A stretch of 64,000 nucleotides of DNA, taken from positions 132,256 to 196,255 of the forward strand of contig JAQTYZ010000002.1 of assembly GCA_028688055.1 (NCBI GenBank), read 5' to 3'. Of the stretch, positions 1 through 10,074 are shown in pieces. The notes under the pieces are model-generated. The model was given only the letters and a program-made list of their open reading frames with translations. It ran no database searches and was not told where the DNA came from. Each line of letters begins with the position of its first letter. Positions within the stretch are counted from its first letter, which is position 1. A program made the translations under genes and the position numbers. Source of the DNA: Patescibacteria group bacterium. GTDB lineage: Bacteria > Patescibacteriota > Patescibacteriia > Buchananbacterales > UBA6539.

Positions 1-65
1 GGGGCTAGTCTGGTAAATTATGATGTCCGAAATCAAGCACACGAGACTATAAGGAGAAGAGACGA

Positions 66-251
66 ATGTGCAATTCGAAACGCTGCGACGATTGCCGCGG
101 TGAAGGTGCTCCATGCGTGAAGCCGTCCGAAGAACAATGCGATCATTGTCGATCGCAAAGCAATGAGATTGGCTGGGGCACTTTGGGTATCGTTGCGGCA
201 GCGGCGACAATTTTGGCGTTGCTCATTGTGGCGATCAGCCGTCTGTTCTAG
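66..251 (+). CDS. Small Cys-rich protein with C-terminal transmembrane helix
   Basis: AAGGAG RBS upstream; two CxxC motifs; hydrophobic C-terminus; hairpin plus T-run follows. Confidence 0.6.
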   Translation: MCNSKRCDDCRGEGAPCVKPSEEQCDHCRSQSNEIGWGTLGIVAAAATILALLIVAISRLF

Positions 252-534
252 GCGGTGGGCGACTTTAGCGCGTTCTCGGTGTTTTCCAAAGGGAAGCCGA
301 GAACGCCCTTTTTTTATTCAAAAAACACCTCGAAGGTGTTGTTATTTATCATTAAATTCAGGCCACAATTGATTGACAAAACCACTAAAATAAGCTACCT
401 TTTCAAGTTGCAGAATCAGCGTGATTTTGCGCTCCCGTCACGGCAGGGGAAATACTGCCCAGGTCGCTGCTCTGGCAGGGCCGCAGTTCTTTGAACGGCG
501 CGCGACTTTGGTCGGCGCTATGTAGGAGGTTGTT

Positions 535-1434
535 ATGGATCTCGGGAAGTTAGTTAAAGCTGATTCACACGCTGGGGTGCTGGTACTTAGCCCAGCCCAC
601 AGTAGAGCCATGATCAGATTTATTGGCAGTAGCCTGTCGACATTCTCAGTGCCTAGTGAACGTGAGTGGCGAACAAGTGCCATCCCGTTTGACACCAAGA
701 GTATTGCCGGGCCACTCGTCGATTCAGTTGAGGTTTGTGAGGTGATTGCCTTGGGTGTGGCTGATCATCAGCAGAGTGGGACGTTCATTCTCGTCCCGGT
801 TTATTTCACGAGTCAGCAGTGTTCCGTTAAGCTGGATCGACCGTTTGTACCTCGCTCTGGCTGTTTGGCTGAGATTATCACTGTGGATCCCGAACACGTC
901 AGTCGGTTCGCGCTCTCCTACCTGCGGGTTCAGGTAAGTGGCTCGGAGGAAGAAGCTGACCAGGTCTTTACCACTCAGCCCGATGTCCCCGGCACGTTTT
1001 ACGTGCCCGACAGCAATTTGCTTTGTCGGTTTCTGGTTGGTCGCGCGGAGTTAAGTGAGCTCCAACAGGCCGCGATTGAAACGACGGCCGAAGCTTCGGC
1101 GGCCGAACAACTGCGTCAGTTAGAGCAGTTGTCGAATACACTGGCTGTTTGGCCGAGCGAAAGTGGCGATATGGCCAATCAGGTTGAGGTGTACATTAAT
1201 CAGCTTCAGTCTTCTCTGAGCGGTGCCAACTTTAATGCCAGAATCGCTACCGCACAATTGAAAAATATTCTGGACATGACTTTGCGCATTGAAGACTATG
1301 CTAGGACCAACCTAGCGCCGCCCCGCTGGCGTCTTTTCCGCCGCCTCCGGCATCAAGCCGCGATGATTTCGTGGTTTTTGTCCCACGTCGCTCAAATCAG
1401 GTTTGGCATTGAGGATCTTGACCAGCATCTTTGA
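535..1434 (+). CDS. Hypothetical protein (299 aa)
   Basis: AGGAGG RBS, TTGACA upstream at ~373, terminator after stop. Confidence 0.75.
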   Translation: MDLGKLVKADSHAGVLVLSPAHSRAMIRFIGSSLSTFSVPSEREWRTSAIPFDTKSIAGPLVDSVEVCEVIALGVADHQQSGTFILVPVYFTSQQCSVKLDRPFVPRSGCLAEIITVDPEHVSRFALSYLRVQVSGSEEEADQVFTTQPDVPGTFYVPDSNLLCRFLVGRAELSELQQAAIETTAEASAAEQLRQLEQLSNTLAVWPSESGDMANQVEVYINQLQSSLSGANFNARIATAQLKNILDMTLRIEDYARTNLAPPRWRLFRRLRHQAAMISWFLSHVAQIRFGIEDLDQHL

Positions 1435-1456
1435 CAAGATCTCGTAACGACATCGA

Positions 1457-1490
1457 CCGGGAAGCGCCCCTGGCTTCCCGGATTTTTTTT
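1457..1490 (+). terminator. Rho-independent terminator
   Basis: CCGGGAAGC/GCTTCCCGG stem followed by T-run. Confidence 0.8.
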
Positions 1491-1685
1491 ATCAATAATA
1501 TCATCCCTGACATCCCTTCGTTCTGCCGGTGGTTTTTGAGTTGACGCCACGCGCTCGCATTGGTTATGCCGAACTTGCTTGCCCCGCTGTGGCGGTGGTT
1601 TCGACATCCCATAGATTTTTGAAATCCATCCATTTCTTGCTAGATACCAAAAAATCGCCGCTGGGGCGATTTTATTTTTTAAAAC

Positions 1686-1762
1686 TGGTGGGCGATAGTG
1701 GACTCGAACCACTGACCTTTACAATGTCAATGTAACGCTCTAACCAACTGAGCTAATCGCCC
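1686..1762 (-). tRNA. tRNA-Val(GAC)
   Basis: GGGCGATTAGCTCAG...TTACA-TTGACAT-TGTAA...GTTCGAGTCC...CGCCCACCA. Confidence 0.97.
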
Positions 1763-1805
1763 ATGACCCATATCTTAATTGTAAAAACATATTTTGGCAA
1801 TAACT

Positions 1806-1882
1806 TGGTGCGCCCACCTGGACTCGAACCAGGGACATCCACCTTATAAGAGTGGCGCTCTAACCAGCTGAGCTATGGGCGC
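1806..1882 (-). tRNA. tRNA-Ile(TAT)
   Basis: GCGCCCATAGCTCAG...CCACT-CTTATAA-GGTGG...GTTCGAGTCC...GGGCGCACCA; anticodon TAT. Confidence 0.93.
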
Positions 1883-1910
1883 AAAAAGCTTTTATATTAT
1901 AGCAATCAAA

Positions 1911-3047
1911 TTATTTTTGACCAAGCCGCTCTTTAATTTTGGCAATGACTTCGGTTTCCGCATCAGCTAAGGTTTGGTTGCTAATTTGAAACTGCGCACT
2001 ATTTTTTGATCCTTCCGGATTAAACGTTGAGGCTAAGTATAGGGCATTATGGCCTTTTAGGGTGTGGACCAACACATTTATGCTACCGTTGAGCTGATAA
2101 ATTAGCACGACAATTTCGACGCCGGGCATAAAGGAGATTAATTCATCAATCACATCGGACAAATCTTTTTGGTCAGCCTTAGCCTCGACAAAATCGTTAT
2201 CAGTTAGCAGCGACCAGATCAATTTACTGTCGCCGTCGTTGCGCAATCTTGCCAAAACGCGACCCCAAAGATTAAGTGTCGCTAGGCTGCGGCTGCGGTA
2301 GAGATTTTTAATGATGGTGTCGCGATCAGCCTCGGCGGTCATGAGCGCGCTGGCGACGCCCAGGGTCGTCGGGGTTACGTTCGGGGTTTTGAAACTTTTG
2401 GTTTTAGCCACTAAGCCGGTTAGCAAACACGTCGCAATTTCCGCGTCCAATAGATTTTTATCAATTGAGTTTATCAAGTCAAATAAAATTTCCGACGTGG
2501 CCACCGCATTGAGGTTGGTAATATTAATTTGACCATATTGTTCGTTATCGGAATGGTGATCAATATTAATGATATTGGTATCAAAGAAAAATTGGGTGAA
2601 GTTTTGGTAAATGGCGCCCAAGGCATTGAGGTCGGCGGTATCAAGGGTGATGATTAAATCATACTTGAATTGCGAACTTTCGATTTTGACCTTTTCTTCA
2701 TTCAAGCCGCCGGTTTTCGGAGTAATAAAAATTTTTAATTTATTAGCTTCAAAGTTATAGCTAAATTCTTCAATTTGCTCTTGGTCCGCGTCAACGGTAA
2801 TAATTAATTTTTGTAGCGTTTCTAGTTTGGGATTGATAATCTCCGCGTTCGGCAAAAATTTTAAGTTTTTCGGCAAAACAAAATCAGGGCAGATGATGTC
2901 GACCAGTTTATTTTGCTTTTTTAAAACCGAGTATAATCCCAAGGCAGCCGCGACCGCGTCAATGGTAAACTCTTTCTTAAAAACGATTAAAACGTGGCTA
3001 CTTTTTTTGATTAATTCGGTAAATTGTTGGGTTTCGTTGAGCGCCAT
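1911..3047 (-). CDS. DHH-family phosphoesterase (NrnA-like)
   Basis: NIDHH and SEI motifs; ATG is the reverse complement of CAT ending at 3047 and TTA is at 1911, so minus strand (ORF track strand label is wrong). Confidence 0.85.
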   Translation of the reverse strand: MALNETQQFTELIKKSSHVLIVFKKEFTIDAVAAALGLYSVLKKQNKLVDIICPDFVLPKNLKFLPNAEIINPKLETLQKLIITVDADQEQIEEFSYNFEANKLKIFITPKTGGLNEEKVKIESSQFKYDLIITLDTADLNALGAIYQNFTQFFFDTNIINIDHHSDNEQYGQINITNLNAVATSEILFDLINSIDKNLLDAEIATCLLTGLVAKTKSFKTPNVTPTTLGVASALMTAEADRDTIIKNLYRSRSLATLNLWGRVLARLRNDGDSKLIWSLLTDNDFVEAKADQKDLSDVIDELISFMPGVEIVVLIYQLNGSINVLVHTLKGHNALYLASTFNPEGSKNSAQFQISNQTLADAETEVIAKIKERLGQK

Positions 3048-3175
3048 TATCCTTATTGATATATCATGTGCTAAAGCAGAATGAATCGATAATCATAATG
3101 TTTAGCGCCAATTGTGTCAAGTGTTTTGGCTAAATGACGTTAAAACTTGCGAAAAACGCTTAAAACCGTTAAAAT

Positions 3176-5815
3176 ATGGCCATGAAACAAGGTGAAATTT
3201 CTAAAGTTTATCAAGCGTCTTCTATTGAAGACGCGATCTATAAGACTTGGGAAGAGTCTGGTTTTTTTAACCCTGATAAGCTACCGGGGCAAAGAAAAAA
3301 ATCTTTCAGTATTGCGATGCCGCCGCCAAACGCGACGGGAACTTTGCATTTGGGTCATGCGGTGATGTTGGCGATTCAGGATTTGGTTATCCGCTATCAG
3401 CGGATGAGCGGCGCTAAGGCGCTGTGGCTGCCGGGAACGGATCATGCCGCGATTGCCACTAATGCCAAGGTGGAAAAAATTTTGAAGGAAACTGTTAATA
3501 AAACTCGTTTTGATCTTGGCCGTGAGGCGTTTGTTCAGCGGGTTAATGATTTTATTATTGAATCGCAAAACACTATTACCAATCAAGTTCGCAAAATGGG
3601 CTCAAGTTGTGATTGGTCGCGTCAGCGCTATACCCTTGATGCTGGTTTGAGTAATGCCGTGGCCACCGCGTTTGTTGAAATGTACCATGATGGGCTGATT
3701 TATCGCGGTGAACGAATTGTTAATTGGTGTCCGCATTGCGCTTCCACGCTGGCTGACGATGAAGTTGAGTATCAAGAAGAGCAAACACCATTTTATTATT
3801 TTAAATATGGACCGGTGGTGATTGGTACGGCGCGGCCGGAAACTAAATTTGGCGACAAGGTTATCATTGTCCATCCCAACGATAGTCGCTATCAAGCTTT
3901 GGTCGGCCAGGAGCTGGAAGTTGATTGGATTTTAGGCAAAATTAAAGCCCGCGTGATTGCTGATGAGGCTACCGAAATTGATATGGGTTCCGGCGCAATG
4001 ACGATCACGCCCGGCCACAGCTTTATCGATTTTGAATTGGCGCAAAAGTATGGTATCCCCATCGAAAAAATTATTGATGAGCAGGGTAAGCTGACAGCGG
4101 CGGCCGGCACCTTGGCCGGACTGGATGTTAAAACCGCGCGCCAAAAAGTCGTCGAGATTTTGCAATCAAAAAATTTAGTTGACCATATTGACGAAAATTA
4201 TACTCATAATCTATCGGTCTGTTATCGTTGTGGTACGGCGGTGGAGCCGTTGGTGTCCAAGCAGTGGTTTGTTAACGTCAACGCGCCGGTTAAAAAATTT
4301 AAAGGTCAAAGCTTAAAAGAGCGCTCACTGGCAGTAGTTCGTAATAACGAAATTAAAATAATTCCCGAGCGGTTTGAAAAAACTTATTTTCACTGGATGG
4401 AAAATTTGCGCGACTGGTGCATCTCGCGCCAGATTTGGTTTGGCCATCGGATTCCGGTTTGGTATCGAAATGGTAAAGCGCAAATAGCAAACGGCAAATC
4501 GTCTGAAGAAATCTATGTTGGTGTATCGAAACCAACCGGGGAAGGATGGACTCAAGATCCCGACACGCTCGACACTTGGTTTTCGTCAGGCTTGTGGACT
4601 TTTTCAACCCTTGGTTGGCCGGAGCAAACCGTTGACCTAAAAACTTTTCATCCGACGTCGTTAATGGAAACTGGCTATGATATTTTGTTTTTCTGGATTG
4701 CGCGCATGATTTTAATGACCACTTATTTAATCGAAGATATTCCGTTTGAAACCGTTTACTTACACGGTTTGGTGCGCGATGAGCAGGGGCGGAAAATGAG
4801 TAAGTCGTTGGAAAATACTATTAATCCGCTTGATACGATTGCCAAATATGGCGCCGATGCCACGCGTCTGAGTCTGATTATCGGTACGACGCCAGGCAAC
4901 GATGTTAATTTGGGTGAAGCGAAAATCGCCGGTTATCGCAATTTTGTTAATAAGCTCTGGAATATTTCGCGTTATATCTTAATGACTGTTGAAAATCCGC
5001 AAACGCTTGACCAGCGCCCGCAGCCCAAGACTTTGGCCGATGCGTGGATTTTAGCGGAACTTGATTTATTGATTGTCACTGCCACTGATAATTTGGATAA
5101 GTATAATTTTTCCGCCGTCGGCGAAAAAATTTACGAATTTACTTGGAGCAAATTGGCGGACTGGTATGTTGAAGTGGCTAAAATTGAAAAAGAAAAAGAT
5201 GAAATTTTGTGTTATGTTCTGACGCAGTTGTTAAAACTTTGGCATCCCTTTACACCGTTTGTTACTGAAGCGATTTGGCAAGAATTAAACCCCGCTGAAT
5301 TGTTAATCGTGGCGGCCTGGCCTCAGACATCCGCTAAGGTTGATAAAAATGTTCTCAATGATTTTGGCTTAGTCAAAGATGTCATTACGGCCATTCGAAA
5401 TCTTCGTTCTGAAAGTAAAATTGCCGCGGGTAAAAAAATTAAAGCTATAATTATTTCTAAGCAAGCCAAAATTTTAACCCCACAAGCGGAAATTATCAAA
5501 AGTTTAGCCCGGTTGCAAGATTTAGAAATTGTTGAAACCGGCGACCAGCCCAGTCAAGCCTTGTCGGCCGTCGTTGGTGGCACTGAGATTTATTTGCCGG
5601 TTTCTGATATGATAGATATTGAGCAGGAGACCAAAAGATTAACGGCCGAAGCCCAACAATTGAACAATTATCTTGAAAGTTTGAACAAAAAATTAAGCAA
5701 CAAAGACTTTGTGAAACGCGCACCAGCAGAAGTGGTGAAAGCCGAAATGGCCAAGCTTGAAGCCAGTCGCGAGCAACTGGCTAAAATAAGTGAGCAATTA
5801 AAAACTCTAACATAG
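3176..5815 (+). CDS. valS: Valine--tRNA ligase
   Basis: PPPNATGTLHLGH, WCISRQIWFGHRIP, KMSKS, C-terminal coiled coil. Confidence 0.98.
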   Translation: MAMKQGEISKVYQASSIEDAIYKTWEESGFFNPDKLPGQRKKSFSIAMPPPNATGTLHLGHAVMLAIQDLVIRYQRMSGAKALWLPGTDHAAIATNAKVEKILKETVNKTRFDLGREAFVQRVNDFIIESQNTITNQVRKMGSSCDWSRQRYTLDAGLSNAVATAFVEMYHDGLIYRGERIVNWCPHCASTLADDEVEYQEEQTPFYYFKYGPVVIGTARPETKFGDKVIIVHPNDSRYQALVGQELEVDWILGKIKARVIADEATEIDMGSGAMTITPGHSFIDFELAQKYGIPIEKIIDEQGKLTAAAGTLAGLDVKTARQKVVEILQSKNLVDHIDENYTHNLSVCYRCGTAVEPLVSKQWFVNVNAPVKKFKGQSLKERSLAVVRNNEIKIIPERFEKTYFHWMENLRDWCISRQIWFGHRIPVWYRNGKAQIANGKSSEEIYVGVSKPTGEGWTQDPDTLDTWFSSGLWTFSTLGWPEQTVDLKTFHPTSLMETGYDILFFWIARMILMTTYLIEDIPFETVYLHGLVRDEQGRKMSKSLENTINPLDTIAKYGADATRLSLIIGTTPGNDVNLGEAKIAGYRNFVNKLWNISRYILMTVENPQTLDQRPQPKTLADAWILAELDLLIVTATDNLDKYNFSAVGEKIYEFTWSKLADWYVEVAKIEKEKDEILCYVLTQLLKLWHPFTPFVTEAIWQELNPAELLIVAAWPQTSAKVDKNVLNDFGLVKDVITAIRNLRSESKIAAGKKIKAIIISKQAKILTPQAEIIKSLARLQDLEIVETGDQPSQALSAVVGGTEIYLPVSDMIDIEQETKRLTAEAQQLNNYLESLNKKLSNKDFVKRAPAEVVKAEMAKLEASREQLAKISEQLKTLT

Positions 5816-5817
5816 GT

Positions 5818-7008
5818 ATGGCCGATCAAGCCGAAAAAATTAAAGAAGTGCTAACGCGTGGCGTGGAAAATATTTATCCCAGCCCTGAGGCGTTGGGAAA
5901 AGTTTTAGCGTCCGGCAAAAAAATTAAACTTTATACTGGCATTGACCCCACCGGTGATTTACATATCGGCCACGGCGTGGTTTTGAATAAATTGCGTCAA
6001 TTTCAGCAGCTTGGTCATCACGTTATTGTTTTAATTGGTGATTTTACCGCTACGGTTGGTGACCCGACTGATAAAGCCGCCACCCGGAAACCTCTGACCA
6101 AAAAACAAGTTTTGACTAATGCTAAAAATTATAAAGCTTTAATTGGTAAGACCCTTGATTTAAAAAAAACTGAATTCCGTTTTAATTCAGCCTGGCTGTC
6201 AAAAATGAAGGTGGATAATTTTTTTGAATTAATTTCGCATTTTACCGTCCAGCGTTTGTTGGAGCGGGACATGTTTGCCAATCGTCTTAAAGAAGGTCGA
6301 CCGATCCATGCCCATGAATTTTTATACCCAGTCTTGGTCGGTTATGATTGTGTCGCGCTTGACGTTGATTTAGAGCTTGGTGGTAATGATCAAACTTTTA
6401 ATATGTTGGCGGGCCGGACTTTAATGAAATCATTAAAGAACAAGGAAAAATTTGTCATGGCAACCAAGCTATTGGTTGATCCAACGGGCAAGAAAATGGG
6501 CAAGACCGAAGGTAATATGGTTAATTTGGATGATTCACCTCAAGATATTTATGGCAAAGTGATGAGCTGGCCTGACACGTTGATTGTGACAGCGATGGAA
6601 ATTGCCACCGACATACCAATGGCTGAAGTTAAACAGGTTGGAAATGAGCTTGCGGCCGGTAAGAATCCAAAAATTTTGAAAATGTTATTAGCCTACAAGC
6701 TCGTTGAAAAATATCATTCAACGACCGAAGCGATTAAGGCCGAAGAAAATTTTAAGCAGGTTTTTGAAGAAGGCCTTAACCCTGATGAGATTCCCGTTTT
6801 TAAAATTAAAACCCGAAGGTTAGTTGATGTTTTAGTTGAAACTAAATTAGCGTCATCGCGAACTGAAGCGCGCCGTTTAATTGTTCAAGGGGGGATTAAA
6901 GTTGATACGAAAAAAGTAACGGACGAAAATTTTGTCATTAGTAAACTCGATGCCGACGGCGTCGTGATTCAAAAAGGCAAACGTCATTTTGCCAAAATTT
7001 TAAAATAA
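5818..7008 (+). CDS. tyrS: Tyrosine--tRNA ligase
   Basis: GIDPTG-LHIGH, GGNDQ, KMGKT, C-terminal S4 domain. Confidence 0.98.
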   Translation: MADQAEKIKEVLTRGVENIYPSPEALGKVLASGKKIKLYTGIDPTGDLHIGHGVVLNKLRQFQQLGHHVIVLIGDFTATVGDPTDKAATRKPLTKKQVLTNAKNYKALIGKTLDLKKTEFRFNSAWLSKMKVDNFFELISHFTVQRLLERDMFANRLKEGRPIHAHEFLYPVLVGYDCVALDVDLELGGNDQTFNMLAGRTLMKSLKNKEKFVMATKLLVDPTGKKMGKTEGNMVNLDDSPQDIYGKVMSWPDTLIVTAMEIATDIPMAEVKQVGNELAAGKNPKILKMLLAYKLVEKYHSTTEAIKAEENFKQVFEEGLNPDEIPVFKIKTRRLVDVLVETKLASSRTEARRLIVQGGIKVDTKKVTDENFVISKLDADGVVIQKGKRHFAKILK

Positions 7009-7012
7009 TCAT

Positions 7013-7372
7013 ATGGCCAAAATTTTAATAATCGACGACGACCAGGCCGTCGTTAGTAATTTAGTGCAGGCTCTTAAAGATAAACACGAGGTTCTCACCG
7101 TTGCCAGCGGGCAAGAGGGATTAGCTCAGGCCAGCAGCCAGCAGCCGGATTTAATAATTTTAGACGTGATGTTGCCTGATTTAAACGGCATTGAAGTTTT
7201 AAAGGCCTTGAGCCGTGACATTAAAACTAACAATATTAATGTTCTAATTTTAACCAACCTAAGCGACCATGATACGGTTAGTAAAATCATCGCCGCGGGT
7301 GGGCGCGAATATCTAGTCAAAGCCGATTTATCAATTAATGAGATTACCGAAAAAATCGAAAGCCTGCTGTAA
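7013..7372 (+). CDS. Single-domain response regulator (receiver)
   Basis: ILIIDDD, DLIILDVMLP, YLVK. Confidence 0.92.
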   Translation: MAKILIIDDDQAVVSNLVQALKDKHEVLTVASGQEGLAQASSQQPDLIILDVMLPDLNGIEVLKALSRDIKTNNINVLILTNLSDHDTVSKIIAAGGREYLVKADLSINEITEKIESLL

Positions 7373-7512
7373 AACCAGCTAAAATTTATTATCATTAAGG
7401 TTGACAATGGTCAGCCTTTTTGGTATAGCTATATTAGTAGTATGTTCCAACTTGGGGCAGTTTCCGTTTCAACCGTACGGCCATGGAGGTCCGTACATCG
7501 TAGGAGGGTGTT

Positions 7513-8145
7513 TTGAATTATTTACGCAGGGTTCAAAGAAGTCTTCCCAGTCGTCGACCGGAAGCAAATACGGTCGCAAGCGAAGAGCGAGATGAAGGAG
7601 ATCTCGCACCTGAGCTCACGGACGGTTCCGACCGTGATTCTGTCATCAAGGCATTTACCATCAGACTTACTGAGTGTCTTGCCGAGATGAAGGCGCGCGA
7701 TCGGTGTCGAATCAAACTTTGGCGAAGTCTGCTAGGCTTACGCCGGACCGCCGAAGAGTTCGAGATCACCGCTTCGGAGATCATTGGGGAGCTGGCTCGT
7801 CAGGCCGGCATCAATATCGATCTGGCTGTGCTCAGTCAGGAGGTCGTACTCGACCAACCCGTCGGTAAGATCGAAGAGAATCCGAGCGAGGTCATTGCCG
7901 AAATGTTTCGGACACTCCCGACGCTGCCACAATTCCACGATTTTTCGTTGGATGACCCGTGGCAATATGGGGTTGCCCACGACGATCGCGGCATTGGCTG
8001 CATCGGTGGCTGGTTTGCCCGGCCCGGTGATGAAACCTTTGGGTTTCACATTGTGACGAAACCGTCATATGTCGGTATGCCTTCCGGCGATAACTCCCAG
8101 CCACGCGACGAACGGGGACGATTCGTCTCCACCAACATCGCCTAA
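7513..8145 (+). CDS. Hypothetical protein (210 aa)
   Basis: AGGAGG before TTG start; TTGACA at 7401; terminator after stop. Confidence 0.7.
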   Translation: MNYLRRVQRSLPSRRPEANTVASEERDEGDLAPELTDGSDRDSVIKAFTIRLTECLAEMKARDRCRIKLWRSLLGLRRTAEEFEITASEIIGELARQAGINIDLAVLSQEVVLDQPVGKIEENPSEVIAEMFRTLPTLPQFHDFSLDDPWQYGVAHDDRGIGCIGGWFARPGDETFGFHIVTKPSYVGMPSGDNSQPRDERGRFVSTNIA

Positions 8146-8162
8146 GCCGAACCTTTGATACT

Positions 8163-8198
8163 GGACCGAGAGCGCGCCAACTCTCGGTCCTCCTTTTT
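8163..8198 (+). terminator. Rho-independent terminator
   Basis: GGACCGAGAG/CTCTCGGTCC stem plus T-run. Confidence 0.8.
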
Positions 8199-8425
8199 TA
8201 AATAAAAAAAGGCAGGGGGTAAACCCTGCCTAGTGAAGGTTGCCGCTTCGACCTTTGGCAACTTAAAATTGCATCAATTCTCCGGTTCAACCGGAATTTC
8301 CATATCGCCAAACCAGCAAAATAGCTAGGCCTCTAAAACACTATGGTTTGTGGCTTTTAGGTCAGCGTTTTGCCGGTTTTTTGATTACCCCCTGCATCTA
8401 ATAAGACGCAAAAAAAGGAATTTTA

Positions 8426-9553
8426 TTACATTAAGGTTTGGTAGATTTTAATCAATTTTTCAAAGGCCGTTGGCCAAGTTTTAGCTAAGCAATTTTCACG
8501 CGCTTGCTGCGACATTTTAGCTCTTGTTATTTTTATTTTTAACAAATCTAGTCCGCGATTAAAATCATAGGCATTAGGTTTCAAAACAAAACCGGAAATT
8601 TTATCTTTAATAATTTCTTGCGGCCCGCCAACGTTAGTAACTAAGCAGGGAAGTCCTGACGCCTGAGCTTCCAGTACGGCGTTACCAAAAGTGTCGGTTC
8701 GTGACGGAAAAATAAAAACATCAGCCGAGGCATAAACTTCGCTCAATTTTTCGCCGGTGAGTTGGCCAAAAAATTTGGCCGTTGGCAATTTTTTTTGTAA
8801 CTCTTTTTTGTCGGGTCCGTCGCCAACCAGCCATAATTCATAATCCTTTCTGGTTTGCCAAATGGCCGCTAACAAATCCAGATTTTTTTCCGTTGATAAT
8901 CGGCCGACATAAAGTGCGACTAGTTTATTGTCCTTTGGTCTTTTGCTTTTTTGTGGGTTAAATAGTGTCGTATCAATGCCGCGTGGGAATAGTTTAACTG
9001 GCTTATTAAATTTTTTTATTTTTTCCGCCGTGGCTAGGCTTGGCGCCAATATTAAATTAACATTGCTGTAAAACCATTTTAAAGCCTGCTCGGTTGATAA
9101 TTGCGAGAAGTTAATTAGTGAGTTTTGGAGCTTGTCCGGAAATTTTTTTAAAATTTTCTGCGCTAAATTTTTAGCGTACTCATCAAGCTGAGTGTGAAAA
9201 ACGCCAATTTTTGGTTTCGTGTTTTTAGCCAAAATAATTCTGGCCGCAATGCCCAGCGAGCCGGGCGTGGCCAGGTGAAAAATGTCGTAGTTACCAGCTA
9301 ATAATTTTTGTTTAAAACCCGCTGGGGCAAATTTTAGATCAAAGGGTGGTAAATCGGGGTAGTATTTAATTGGTAAAGCAGCGGGGAATTCAAAAATATT
9401 TACTGATGCAATTTTTTTGGTCGTTAGTTTTTTACCAATCGTAAAAATATCTAACTCAATATTTTGGCTTTGGCAATATTGGGCAAATTGCTGATAGGTA
9501 CGGCTGACGCCGTTGGTGGCCGTATAGCTGTCGGTGATAAGCGCAATTTTCAT
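8426..9553 (-). CDS. GT4 glycosyltransferase (diacylglycerol glycosyltransferase-like)
   Basis: NGVS, YVGRLSTEKN, DTFGNAVLEAQASGLP. Confidence 0.93.
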   Translation of the reverse strand: MKIALITDSYTATNGVSRTYQQFAQYCQSQNIELDIFTIGKKLTTKKIASVNIFEFPAALPIKYYPDLPPFDLKFAPAGFKQKLLAGNYDIFHLATPGSLGIAARIILAKNTKPKIGVFHTQLDEYAKNLAQKILKKFPDKLQNSLINFSQLSTEQALKWFYSNVNLILAPSLATAEKIKKFNKPVKLFPRGIDTTLFNPQKSKRPKDNKLVALYVGRLSTEKNLDLLAAIWQTRKDYELWLVGDGPDKKELQKKLPTAKFFGQLTGEKLSEVYASADVFIFPSRTDTFGNAVLEAQASGLPCLVTNVGGPQEIIKDKISGFVLKPNAYDFNRGLDLLKIKITRAKMSQQARENCLAKTWPTAFEKLIKIYQTLM

Positions 9554-9577
9554 ACCTCTCCATTATATCATTAAACT

Positions 9578-9606
9578 TTGACAGCCCACGCCGCTGGCGA
9601 TATAAT
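9578..9606 (+). promoter_or_regulatory. Consensus sigma70 promoter of the copper module
   Basis: TTGACA-17nt-TATAAT. Confidence 0.85.
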
Positions 9607-9616
9607 AGACTTGTTT

Positions 9617-10018
9617 ATGGCTGCCTTAAATCGACACAACTTAATCATTGCTTTAACTCTAGCGTCTTTTGTCTATGTGGCGATTTTTGGGCTGAGTATG
9701 GGGATGAATATGAATAATCAGGGCCAAATGACTAATTGTCCGTTTATGTCTGAAGGCGCTTCAATTTGTCCAATGACTATTGGTGATCATGTCTCGGCCT
9801 GGGAAACTATCTTAATGTATTTAACTGTGACAATTGGTTTTGTCTGGCTCGGAATAATTATGTCGGTAGTTTTGTTTATTTTGCCAACCCTGCTATCGCC
9901 GCCTAATTTTTGTCGTTTCCATTTGGCACGATTTTTTGATTTTTCTGAAACTAAAATTTTTGATTTTCTCCGTTTGGCTTTTGCGGACGGTATCTTACAT
10001 TCTCGAATTTACGCCTAA
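9617..10018 (+). CDS. Cys/Met-rich membrane protein leading the copper operon
   Basis: ATG at 9617 downstream of the promoter; CPFM and CPM motifs; two hydrophobic segments. Confidence 0.7.
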   Translation: MAALNRHNLIIALTLASFVYVAIFGLSMGMNMNNQGQMTNCPFMSEGASICPMTIGDHVSAWETILMYLTVTIGFVWLGIIMSVVLFILPTLLSPPNFCRFHLARFFDFSETKIFDFLRLAFADGILHSRIYA

Positions 10019-10074
10019 TTAATTTGTTTTTGATTAAACCAATTTTAATTAGGTGTTTTTATTAATCTAAAAAT

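Noticed and set aside
1911-3047. ORF track strand '+' for the DHH protein
   Set aside because: The sequence has TTA at 1911 and CAT ending at 3047, so the listed protein is encoded on the minus strand.
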